This document shows, in pieces, positions 11,956 to 24,000 of a stretch of 64,000 bases of DNA; positions within the stretch are counted from its first letter, which is position 1, and every line of letters starts with the position of its first letter. The position numbers were made by a program, and so were the translations under genes. The notes beneath the pieces are model-generated. The model did no database searches. It had not been told where the DNA came from and was given only the letters and a program-made list of their open reading frames with translations. This stretch comes from Phallusia mammillata. Its lineage: Eukaryota. The DNA lies in NCBI GenBank assembly GCA_965637545.1, contig OZ281494.1:3968001-4032000 (forward strand), in the 5' to 3' direction.

Positions 11956-14900
11956 ATGTCGTTTATTTTGAGAGTTTTATTTGTGCACTTGGTAGCAGGA
12001 ATGCTTCTTCTTGTGCCAGTTTCGATTTGGGGTAAGTAGTTTTTTTATTAGTTTATTGACGAAACCAAAATTTTGGGTTGAAACCTAATTTTCTGCAGTT
12101 CAGTTTTAAACAATGTTAAGAGTAACAAACCTGCCTTTAATATGAGTACATTTGCAAGTTTCCTATACCAACATATTAAGCTTTGCACAAATTTCTGTGA
12201 AGCAAAGCAGTTTGAAATATTTTGGATGAAATGTTGCTCAATCTGTTTTTTGTTGTAATTTAAAGTTTTTATTTTTCAGCTCGAGGGACCGGTTGCCTGG
12301 GAAAAATAGACAAGGTGCGATGCATTGGTAAAAAGCAACAAGACCGACAATGAATTTGGCGGGGTTTTGTAAAAAGCAACACCATATAAACGTTTTGAAT
12401 TTTTGTTTAGTTTGTGAAGGAGAATTATTGAATATCACTTGCCCTGCTGGAACGGTTATTGACATAAAATCGGCTCTTTTTGGACAAAAATTTCCATACG
12501 CGGGGTAAGTAAAGAAAAAAATATAGAAAAAAAAAATAAAGTAATCTTGTGTACTGTTTGTGTTTACATTACATTTTGCAACACAGACAAATTGATTTTA
12601 TTATTAACGCTTATACTAAACATTTTTCGAAATTGCTTTCTTTAAACTTAAACTATCCTAAAATCGTGTTTTGATTTACTTTAGATTGGTAAAAGATGTT
12701 AATTCTATTTTGTCAAGGGTGTGTGGATTTACTAAATCTGAGCTTAACTGCAATGGAAGTGCGGGGGTAACAGAGATATTAAGGCAATGTCAGCAAAAAT
12801 CTTGGTGCACAGTTGTTCAAACAATCATTTTTGGTGAACCATGTCCTGGTTTTTCAAAGTACATCGACATCAACATGACATGCTCCATTAACACAAGTTA
12901 GTTATTAAAATACATTATAGCCTACGTGGTTAGCTAACTCCTGCACCATCTTGGATAATGGCCGCAATTCACCCTCGGCTTTAGATGGTTTAGGAAGTTA
13001 CATAAATTAGAACATCTTCAAGTAGGAAAAGACGTTAAATTGATTAAATATCTGATTTAACAATCTGTCATGGAGTTGTTTTGTAACAGATGTTTCATTT
13101 CTGGATCAGTATCTTTCATTTCTTGGTCAGTTAAGAAGTTTAAATCCTGCAAGTGTGAGGGAAATAGAAAACGTCGAAAATCGAGTTGAAACTGTTTCCC
13201 GAAATCATTTTCAAACAAACGGAACCAACTATAGCAGCGAAGATGCTCAACTGCACATCTTAGTTACCAACATCAACCAGGAGACATACAATTCTTATCT
13301 TCAGCTTGGTTTATCTCATATCGACTTTACACTACAAACCCAGGCAATAAAACGACTCATAGTTGCAGTGCTTGTCTTCAAGATAAACACAACACGAATT
13401 GCACAAAATCAACCGGTCACAGTCGGTTCGTTGGCCACAACGCGATACATAGCTACATTCAACACAACCTACATTGCTATTGTGGGTTGGGATGCAGAAA
13501 GCTTCAAGAGCTTAAGCCGCAAACGATCAACTACCGATGAAATAAATGATCGGTTGCCAGGAAAGACAAGTTTCATTTCACCTCCAGCATCACCAGAAAT
13601 CGTCTGCAAGCTGATCACAGCGGGAAATATATCCCAAGAAAACCAGAAGATAAAAAAACTGGAACCAATTTGTCTCTTCTTCGACAGAGTGGAAAGAAAA
13701 TACTCGGATCGCGGTTGCGTCACAATTACTGATGACGCAACAGGCAACGTCACCTGCAAGTGCAACCATCTCACCGTGTTTACTGTTTTACTGACTGTCC
13801 AATCCATCACAATACCAAAGGGGGTAAAGGTAAAGATTTGAATGTAAACTTTAACGAATGGCTCACAAAATAAACAACACGATGTTGCAGATCACATCTT
13901 ACGCCACAGAATCAACTTCAGTCGTGTTTCTGATCGCCACCATAATAATCCTCTACAAGTCGAAACACAGCGGAGATCGGGTTCCAGTTCAAATCAGCTT
14001 GTCAATGACTCTTCTGCTTTTCCACACCGTCAACATATCACATGACCTTGCCGTGATGCATGAGATTCCATGCGTGATTCACGCAGCAGTCAATCAATAT
14101 ATTCTGCTGTCTTCAGGTACCTAAAGTAACAGGACAATTTGAGTTTAAAGCATTGGTACATATTATGGGATCTGACGCTATTGTTTGTTTTTAGGAATAT
14201 GGTTCCTAGTTGAAGGAATTCGTCTTCTTATGGCAACTTCGTTTCCAGTCGAACTCCAAACTCAGGATTCGTCAAAGCGTCTAAAGTTCTTTATGTCGAT
14301 TGGTTGGATTGTTCCAGCCTTGGTAGTGGGAACATCCATGGCAGTGGGGGTTTCCCTCGACATCTGCATGAAGCCCCAACCATTGTACGAGCAATGTAAC
14401 GAATTTATACCGGTTCCAAAGTACGACAGATGCTGGTTGGCTCCCGGTACTCCGATCTTCTACTCAACTGTGGTCGCTCCTCTTGCTCTCGTCCTCTTAA
14501 CCAACTTCATGATCATCCTGAAGACAACACATGTGATGTTGCACTCGAAGAAGATGCGGAACAGAGGAGAAGATCCAGGGACAGGAGATGCGTTGAGAGC
14601 AGCAAAGTCTTTCATCTTACTCTTCTTTATGCTCGGTGGAACTTGGGTTTTGGCTTTCTTTACAGGTAATATTTGTGCGTTGTTTCAACGTTTAGTTTTC
14701 TTAAGATGTATTAATGCAAGGGATTTCAAAGATATGGTTTTACAAACTTATTACATTTGCAGGAATCGGGAACGAGATTTCGAACGAGGTGTTCATGTAC
14801 ATCCACAGCTTGGTGAACGGGTCGCAGGGAATCGTCGTCTTCCTGTTGTATTGCGTCATGGATGGCGACATCAGACAGGAAATGCTGACGTGCAAACGTG

Positions 14901-14974
14901 AAGCTGATATTGGATCGAAGCAGCAGAGAAACGTGGCAAATGCAGAAGGAAGTGAAAGTTCAAACCCGAAATAA
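11956..14974 (+). CDS. Locus B: adhesion GPCR with SUEL (Gal/rhamnose-lectin-type) ectodomain, GAIN/GPS and 7TM, about 681 aa; latrophilin-like architecture
   Basis: Exons 11956-12031 (MSFILRVLFVHLVAGMLLLVPVSIW, GTAAGT donor), 12280-12327, 12411-12504 (VCEGELLNITCPAGTVIDIKSALFGQ), 12718-12896 (alternative acceptor 12685; VCGF..LNC..RQCQQKSWC..FGEPCPGFSKYIDINMTC), 13090-13829 (GAIN, CNHL|TVFTVLL), 13891-14116, 14195-14665, 14763-14974. All phases are compatible and I found no stop. Confidence 0.85.
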
Positions 14975-15339
14975 GGTGAAAGTTTAAACAATTAGTTTGC
15001 GGTTGCGCAAGGTCAGCTGAAAACTTCATTTTTGTGACGTTGCTCTAATTTATGACGTGATGGAAATACCCAGTCAGATTGTTTCATTGTTTCTGCGTCG
15101 TGTTTTATTGGTGTACGCCTCTATCAGGAAGAACGGAAAAACTGATATTGCCGATTAGCCATCGGTCGCTTTTACACTTTTAAACTCAGTTTTCATCATC
15201 TTTTTATTGTTTCCTTCGTGTTACCATGTAGTGCAGTGGTGTCGCTTTTATTTTAACATAATTTAATTCATTTTTCATAAAGGTAATGTAAAATAGATAA
15301 AAATACATTTACCAGAAGAGCTCTATAAACTTGATATTA

Positions 15340-15830
15340 AGGATGGCAGCAATAGCTTATATTTGGATTTCAAGTTATTGCCACGAACTTTATACCATTT
15401 GGGATTTGCCGGGTTCGAAAGGCACTAATTTGACGGCAAACATTTAATGCCACCAGTATTTTTCCACTGTAGACATTTACAAGCTTTTATTTTTGCATTG
15501 TAATGCTTCGAATGTATCTGCCATTTTATCTAATTTCAGCGCTTTTATCTTGCACTTTTGAAAGCGTTTTCGTCTTATTTTACAAACCAATTACACCACT
15601 CGTTCCAAGTGACATATGCGCTTCCCGTCATTTTGGCTTCTCTGGACTCCAGTTAACAGTAAGATCCCGGCAAATTATCAGGAAAGCACAGGACACATTC
15701 AATAATAGCTCCTCCATCGATGCAGTGTTTTTGCGTTGTGTTGTCATCACATAACATGTCTTTTTGACCCGTTGTACTGAGAACGACTGCACTGATACCA
15801 TGTAATATGCTCGTGATAATAAATGTTGTG
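15340..15830. repeat. About 450-bp module repeated in the intergenic units
   Basis: Related copies at about 4270-4680 (inverted), 18560-18960, 25780-26270, 28940-29340 and 36700-37170; partial copies at 38215-38390 and 55242-55400. Boundaries are approximate. Confidence 0.7.
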
Positions 15831-16495
15831 GAAATGTGTGTAAACCTACTGCCTAATTTTTTGAAATGTGTATTTCTTTAGACAACTAATCGTTTATGAA
15901 CTAATCCAATCAAAACGGCGCTTCTTAACATTTTCAAAAAATCCCTAATTAATAATTCAAAACATTTCTATTCTAATTATCCAAAGATAAACTAGATAAA
16001 CATCACTTAAGATGCGGCTTACATTGACGTACCCGTTCCATGGATGAAATTCTGTTTCAGTAACCATATTCGACAATAAACCAAATTCTTTGCACAGAGG
16101 TAAATCGTTCCTTACTAAAGAGCAAGTCCTTCTAGTTGGAAACCACTTGACTAAAATAACAACCACATAAGCTAACACGTTTACAAAGATTGTCGTTGGT
16201 ATCAATTCAGTTTTAAACCGTTTTATTTTAAAGTCAGTTTCTGCTATACCAATGAGCTTAAATCAACTCCACATTGTTAACAACAGGTTTAGTCCACTTT
16301 ATTCCGTTTAAGATATTGTGAACTAGAATTTATATTTGCGATTAAACTAATGCTGCATTTGAAATATTAATTAGAAACCTAATCAACTTCCTTGCTGTGT
16401 AATTTAGTTTGTGTTCTGCCATAAACGTTTTTTTTAACGGATGTTAGTTATTGTCCATGCTACAGGCCTGGTTTAGAAGACATTTGAATATATAA

Positions 16496-16560
16496 CAGGG
16501 GTGGGCAACTTGCAGCCCGCGAGCCACATCCGGCCTGTAATGTATCTTGCCTCTAGCGGA
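16496..16560. mobile_element. Left end of a hAT-type MITE (duplicated at 26915)
   Basis: CAGGGGTGGGCAACTTGCAGCCCGCGAGCCACATCCGGCC resembles the end of the 2-330 family; no matching right end found nearby. Confidence 0.5.
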
Positions 16561-16756
16561 CCAAGCTGTTTTGTACGGATGCCAGGAAGATCGTCCTGGC
16601 TTCGCTATTGTCGCAACAATGACTTTTACTTCGTTTCCATGGCCGCTTTATGTCCGTCTTTTATGGCCATATGTGACCATACTTGAAAGTGAGAAATCAT
16701 GACGCAGCAAAATTACTCGGCCATAAGCGGTTTTCGTATGTCCTTCCCGCAGGGGT

Positions 16757-16855
16757 GCATTTATATTGAGCATTTATACACAGCATTTATAGCATTTATA
16801 TTAAGCATTTATACACTGCATTTATAGCATTTATATTAAGCATTTATATTGAACA
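16757..16855. repeat. GCATTTATA-based minisatellite (shorter paralog at about 27173-27235)
   Basis: Tandem GCATTTATA(TTGA/CACA) units seen directly; the unit number differs between the two flanks. Confidence 0.85.
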
Positions 16856-19800
16856 ATCGTAGGACAAGCAAATACCCCGGGTTATAAACCAACAAGCTCT
16901 ACATCTCAGAAAATGCAAGAAAATGCGTAAGAAGACAAGACCTTCCAGACGTACGCGGAGTGGTCGTTATTTTGTAGGAAACAAATGTGAAGAGCTCAAA
17001 AAGAGATTAGAATCTACTCCCATTATGAGTGGATTGAATTAAATCAATAAATACAAAAATATTGCTTTCTAGGTGAAGTTGAATTAAAAAGTAAAAACCT
17101 CAAAACACCAACTTTGTAAATAGAATCGGTGCGTAATAAATCGTAAGCGAGAAAATAATTTGCACAAGGAAACCCAAAATATCCGGAGTCGCATGGATTG
17201 CTGGATCAAAGGCCTAAACGCTCTTCTGCGTTGATGACAAAAACACATCGATGAACTTTATATAGAAGGTGCGTATTTGTGTGGTTCGGTGCAGCAATAT
17301 ATCGCTTGGTGCAACTTTTTGTCGCTGGGTACAAATTAAAATCGGTTAGTTCAACTATATATCTGTTGTGGTCTTTTATGTCGCTTGGCGCACGTGCATA
17401 GCATTATAGGCCATAATTAAGACTTCCTATAACTGCACCAAGCTGCCAATACGTTTACTTGATCGAGTTCTGGACGGACCAAGAACAAATATTAGCGTGA
17501 TATGACGTCATAATTTAAAACGAGCGGAGATTCGGTTTCAAGATAACAAATAATTCCGTCCCCGAGCGTCATCTAGCGTCAGTAAAATTTAAAAGCAACA
17601 GCAAGTCAATGATCGATTGTTGCCCTTCATAATGTGGGTTGGGATTAGAGTTATAAGCAAGATAAGGCCGTGTGCCGAGAAAAGAAAATTTGTTTTCCTA
17701 ATACCCGCATGAAAAATTTGAGAACCATTGATAAACAACATAACTTGTGAATTTATTACGTCATTGCGTGCTTTGCTTCGAAATTACGTCATTTTTGCTA
17801 TTAACGTAGGCGTATAACGTCACAAACGAAAATTGTGCGTATTACATCACAAATCCACATTGCAACTCTCTCTGTTTGATGTTTAATGCGATGAGTTTAA
17901 CTTGTACTTATGATGTAGCATCGTGAATTGTATGTTGTATTAAATCCGCAGAATATGTTTGAAGTAACGAGTCAGCACCAGTTCAGCAATCTTTGGAATT
18001 TGAAAGCCTCTGAAATTTAACCATATTTGTTATTAAAAATATATAAGGTATATAACTTTAGATAAAATTTTAAAAATATTAAGACAGCGTCTATTTTCAA
18101 AAAACAAAATGTCAAAAAACTGGTCCGCGTTTTTATATAGGTACAAGGTTGACAGGTACAGTCAGGGTAACTACCGTAATAAACTTATTTGTTTTTTTTT
18201 AATTTATCTGCAGCTAGATGACGCTAATGCAAAAACTTGACATCATTCATCGCTCTTGGTAAAGTCGAATTCACAGGCGTTAGATTTATGTTGAAAAGTG
18301 CTGTAGTTTAAATGTGTTTTTTTAAAACGTACAGTGAGTACATGTGTAACGTTGTATGTAAACTATATTGATTGCTTGGTGACGTTTTGCAAGTTTTATT
18401 TACTCTTATTATGTCGTAAAAATTGCCCTAACAAGCAATATTTAGCTGCATTGACCCTCACAAACTGATCAATAAACATCAATGAAATACAAGTCATCGT
18501 TTCTTTCATGTTTAACACTTCAAAACAGCCTTCAAGCTAGGAATCGACCTATGCAAAGTTTTTTTTAGCACAGGAAGTTGAAGTTATTGCCAGACACGCT
18601 TAACCATTTGGGATTTGCTTGGCACGAACGACTATAATTTGGATTTTGTCAACAAACATTCCACCAGCATTTTTCACTGTAATACTTCCCATGTATCTGT
18701 GATTTCATCCCATTGCAATTCTAGTGCCTTGCACTTATGAAAGCAACTTGGTCTTATTTTCACACTGACAAATCCATGCGACCCAACCCCAACATAAGCA
18801 CTTCCTTTCATTATGTTTCTGTAGATACCATTTAACGTTAAGACACCAAACCTTTTCAGGAAAAACACAGAGGCCATTAAACCATAGCTCATCCACCGAT
18901 GTTGTGTTGTTGCGTTATATTGTCATCACATACATTTCTTTTTGGCTCTATATAGAACGTGTGAATGTCTGTCTCCTGACAAAATTTGAAAACGTATTTT
19001 TCTATGAACGAACCAATCAAAACGACAATCCCAACCTTTTTTACTAGTTTTTCATTAAGGACTTTTATTTTTTTATTTAACCCTCATAAATCTAAGTCAA
19101 CAAACAATGCCAAACTACACAAACACCATTTAAGATGCGGATTTACATTATCTTTATCGCTCTAAGGAAGTCCCTGAAAAAAAGTCCCAATTTTTTGGTG
19201 TACCTCAAATTTAAGACATTTTGTCCGAAATCTTATAAAACCTACTCTTCTTTATTATATTAGTGCCCTGTAAACAGATTGTTACTATGTTTATGTTTTG
19301 CCACAATTGAATGTTAAAGTCCACATTTTTCCACGGGTTTCGAACCCAGGACGCTCCTGGGTGGAATCTCATTCAGTTTTTCTTTGTCTGCATTTGTTTC
19401 TAACGCTTTAAACTATTGGGCCAAGTTTCTGTCCCAACAGACCACATTTTTTTCACGGGGTTCGAACCCATGACACTCCCGGGGACGAATCCCGATCAGA
19501 GTTTTTTATGTCTATATGTGGGTCAGGCGGGTCAGGCCATTCGGCCAAGTTCCTGCCCCTCAACCGCCAACATTATTCCAAAATAATCTGAATGACAAGC
19601 AGCGGTCACAAGCTTGTTTTTGTTTTCAAATTTCTCTGCCGCTACATGACGCTAGTGCACAAAATTACACTGTATTGTCTTCAACGAAGCTGAATCATCC
19701 AAGATACTCCATCCCTATTATGACGTAACACAACACGCTGAGATTTACACTTGGTCTATTCAGGACTCGATCAAATCTTGTAAAATGTGTCTGATTTGTT

Positions 19801-21000
19801 CAAGTGATGTTTTTGATCAACTGAGTCTTGTGATTTTTTGTATTTCGATTCACCAAACACTGTTTCATGGGACTATGGATAAATGCATTACTCGGTATCA
19901 CTGAAGACTCAGAAATTGATTAACCAATATATTCGATCCAAACCGAATTAAACAGTTTTGTCAATACAATATCGTTTTTAGCCTATAGACTACGTTGGAG
20001 AAACCAACCATAAATAACCAGTTGGTAATACTGACTAAACGCTCGTTTACCGGGTTTGATAACTAAAAGTTTTTCATATGCTGGTCGAAAGTTACACAAA
20101 TCGTTTTCAAGCAAAACACTTTTTATAGTTTAGAAAGTTTCGCCCACCCGCTCGATGTGCATCATCACACCAATGAAGAGGTTGGTAAAATAAGTTAGTC
20201 GAACTTCTTTGTTAGTTGAAATGATTCAAAGTTGTGTGTACATTTGTAATCTTTCAGGTTTCAACTGATGTATAAATGAACCTCTGTATTTTTTAAAATG
20301 TTGATGTCTAGCACATTCAGTGCGCTTGACATATATCTACGCCAAAAGACGTTTTGCGCAGAAACCGGATTGATGTTAGTTTACGTCAAAAGTCTCACCG
20401 ACAATGTGTAAAACCTTGGAAGCTCCAATCGGTTTAATTGACATGATGATATTTTTCATATCGCCTTTGACCTCAGTTTACCTTTTAAAGTATACAGGGT
20501 GCATGAGTCCGTCATAACAACTTTAGGGTTCACCAACCCCAAAAAGGTTGAAGAGCACTGCTATAGGTAACGATTTACGCAACATGTACTGCAGGTAGAT
20601 TCCACTGAGTGTGGAGAACTGATAAAAAGAATCAGCGTTTTTCATCCAGCATTGCTTCCGTGCTAGTATATAGCGAATGACTGGTGTCGGTGTGGCCAGT
20701 TGATAACAGAAAGACGTGATGCAAGGTGATATTAACGTGAATAGTTTAAGACCCATATTGTGGATCTGATAGTGTACGTCTATTACGAATACGGTCATTG
20801 ACTTTAAGTGATTTTGTAAACTTCAAACTAGTTTACATCTGAATGACTATTTTTTTGTATGTTTGTGTCATAAGCCCTATCAAATTGTAATTACGTCTAA
20901 TTGGATCACAGTTTTAAAACACATTTTAGTTTTGTACAAAATCTGGTGGTTTTGTGTTGGAAAATCGTAAGTATTCTACAGAAAGAAATAGGTTGAGAAA

Positions 21001-24000
21001 ATGAGCTTCTTTGTTTCTCTACTTGTGGTTCTGGCAGTCGTCTGCTTCAAACCAAGTTTGCAAGGTAAGCTTAAAAGTAATTTCACTTCTTTGTAAGATA
21101 GCATACACAACCACTTTATATTTTAATTACTACGTACATAATGCTTTGTTTCTGTTCTACAGTTTGAAGCCGAGCAGGGCTTTTTGGCCATAGAGATTGA
21201 ACAAAACGGGTTTGTTTTTGGGGGCCTGACTGATCCCACTCGGTATCATTTCTGTCCTAAATTTTTCACCTTCGGCCCAGTTCACAACTCTGTGTGGGTT
21301 TACTTTTCAATGTATGTTATGCCAACTTGGTGATTTTAAATGTGTCACAATTGAATGAAAAGAAGAGAAATTAGGATTCGCACTGGAGAGATATTAGGGT
21401 TTACAGTATATTTTTTACAATTACAATTTGGGATTTTCAACCGTTTTAAATCATTTGCTGTTGTTTTCGAAGTTAAAATTGTATCAGTCCAAAAAAGCTG
21501 CTGCAACATCAAACTCTGGATAAGTTTCTTCTTATAGTGGGCTTGTAAATATTATGTTGCTAGCGGAATACGTAAATTATAGTAAAAAATACAAACTTAA
21601 ATTAAGTAAATCATTTTTTTATCATACTTTTTGAAAATATCATACTTTTTATTTTCCAGCCCAAGAAATCGACATTGTGTTTGTGGTGGACAGTACTAGC
21701 CCAATAACAAATTCTCAGTTTGCAATATACAAGAATGCTTTTGTAGCAATGGCTGATGCCCTAAAAGCGGGTTTCGACAGACACTTACTGCAAGTTGCCA
21801 TTCTTCAGTATACAAACAACAATTACAATAGGTAAATGTATTTTGTGAACAAAAACGTTGTTCTATCAGCGAAAAGTTCTATGTTGTAGATTATTTGTTG
21901 AATTTCTGCATTTATTACCCGAAAATTGATGTTTTGGGGAAGATTTTAGTTGCAAGAAAACAGGCCAGTTAAAAAGAATTATGCCATAAACGCTGTTGTA
22001 GATGAAGTAACTATTCGTTGTTCGTTTCATTTGCTCATCAACTTTTAGTCCCGTTCGCAGTCGGTAATTTTTAAAATTCGTTGGCAAGAAGTTTCTATAC
22101 AAATTCAATTAAACTCAGCAACTACTATTGGTGCTTTTGACTTCTAAAGTTTCTTATGATTAGTTCATTACATCCTCATACTGACTTATCCATTTCTCAA
22201 ATGTATTGTATATATGTTGAACCAATAAAATCATGCTGAGACAGATATGTTATATCTTGCGAGGATAAATACAACGAATTGGTGTAACGCCAGTCGTATA
22301 AACACGCTTTAAATTTGTTTTTGACAGCCCTGACTACACCAACAACTGGTTTTATCACAACCCCACCACTCTCGGTGATTGCACCACAGTTCAATGTATC
22401 AAAGATGCTGTAAACAATAATATGTATCAATATCTATATTCCAGTGCTTTTACCGCAACTGCAATCAAGAGAGCTGTCAAAGTAAGGCGTTGTTTTAACA
22501 GGAATAAAAGCAAAAGCACTTAACTTGAAGCTCCTTATAGATTGACTTCAACAACTCAGCCAACGCTGCAACTTCCAAAAAATTTCTTATTCTTACAACA
22601 CACTGTTTGGCAACATACGGTTGGGCAGCAGACAATTCTCTTTTGCCTACCAGGTTAGCGTTTAGTGTAACGACCAATCTTATTTTTAGTTTTTAAATGT
22701 CTTTTTTTCGCTTTATTTGTATCCTTGCCGTTTCTATGGCACCCACACAGATGCGTTTCAACTTTGTTCTCGAAATTGCCCACATTATTGAAATTGCCCA
22801 CATAAGTGTAAGCTCAGTGTCATTGTAACAGCCATTTATCTTTTTGACAAGATGATGTTACAAACAGATTTTGGACTTCTTCATTTTTGACAGACTTTTT
22901 GACAAATATGTTAGTTTTTGTTTTGCAACTTCTTGCCAACAACAGTTAAAACCAGTTAAAGCTACGTCGCATCTATTGTTTGTTACAGTTACGCGTTGAC
23001 GAGCAGCAACAACATTACAGTATACGCCATTGGAATTGGACCATACGTTGATCAAAGTCAGCTTCAAATCATTGCCAACAACGGAACCAGCAACGACACA
23101 GTTACACTGTTGAACAATGTTACCACCCTTGGTGACACCCTGGTTAACATCGTATCAAAAATTATACCAAATGTATCTATACCAGAAGGTAACTTCTTGT
23201 TGTTATTAGTCGGTGTACGAAGTGTTTCTCAAATAAGTTGAATCTGGCGCCCGTTTGTCTTTACGTAATTGCTTATATATAAGCTAGCACATTGAATTGT
23301 TTCGTTCTTAACTTCAAGACCCCAGTAACCAGATTTTTAATGGTTTGGAAAGTTGTTGTTGTTGTAGACTGATCCAATTCACTGACCGATTCAAAAATAA
23401 TCCAAAAGCTTGTGACGTTTTGCGCTGTTTACAATCATGCGTCACGTTTTGCTTTTGCAATTTTTTTGGAGGGTTAAAAATGTCAAGGGAGCGCTAAAAT
23501 TCTTAAAATATCTGCTTCACCAACTTGTCATGGAATTGTTTTGTTACAGATCCTTTATTGCTGGATCAGTTAAAAAATTTAAATCCTGCAAGGGTGACGG
23601 AAATAGAAAACATCGAAAATCGAGTGGAGAATTTTTCCCGAAATCATTTTCAAACAAACGGAACCACATATAGCAGCGGAGATGCTCAACTGCGCATCGT
23701 AGTTACCAACATCAACCAGGAGACATACAACTCAAATCTTCAGCTGGGATCATCTCACATCAACTTTACATTGCAAACCAAGGGAGTTAAACGAATCGTG
23801 ATTGCGGTGATTGTCTTCAAGATAAACACAACACAAACTACACAGACTCAACCGGTCGAATCCGGTTCACTGGCCATAACGCAGTACATATCTACAATCA
23901 ATACAACCTACATTGCTATTGTGGGTTGGGATGCCGATAGCTTCAAGCGATTAACTACCGATGAAATAAACGATCAATTGCCGGGAAACGCAAGTTTCCA

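Noticed and set aside
11956-14974. Naming locus B as a latrophilin (ADGRL) ortholog
   Set aside because: It lacks olfactomedin and HRM domains, and its GAIN-7TM is nearly identical to the neighbouring VWA-type copies; the shared architecture is more likely convergent.
19335-19505. GGGTTCGAACCC motifs resembling a tRNA/SINE B box (also at about 3085, 3525, 29715, 29840, 48445)
   Set aside because: No cloverleaf or A box at the proper spacing could be built; they are units of a ~120-bp duplication in the shared upstream cassette, so no tRNA is called.
20523-20798. 91-aa minus-strand ORF repeated at 30869-31144, and similar identical ORF pairs between C and D introns
   Set aside because: Their conservation is explained by the recent duplication; related frames in the F, G, A and 0 cassettes are not preserved.
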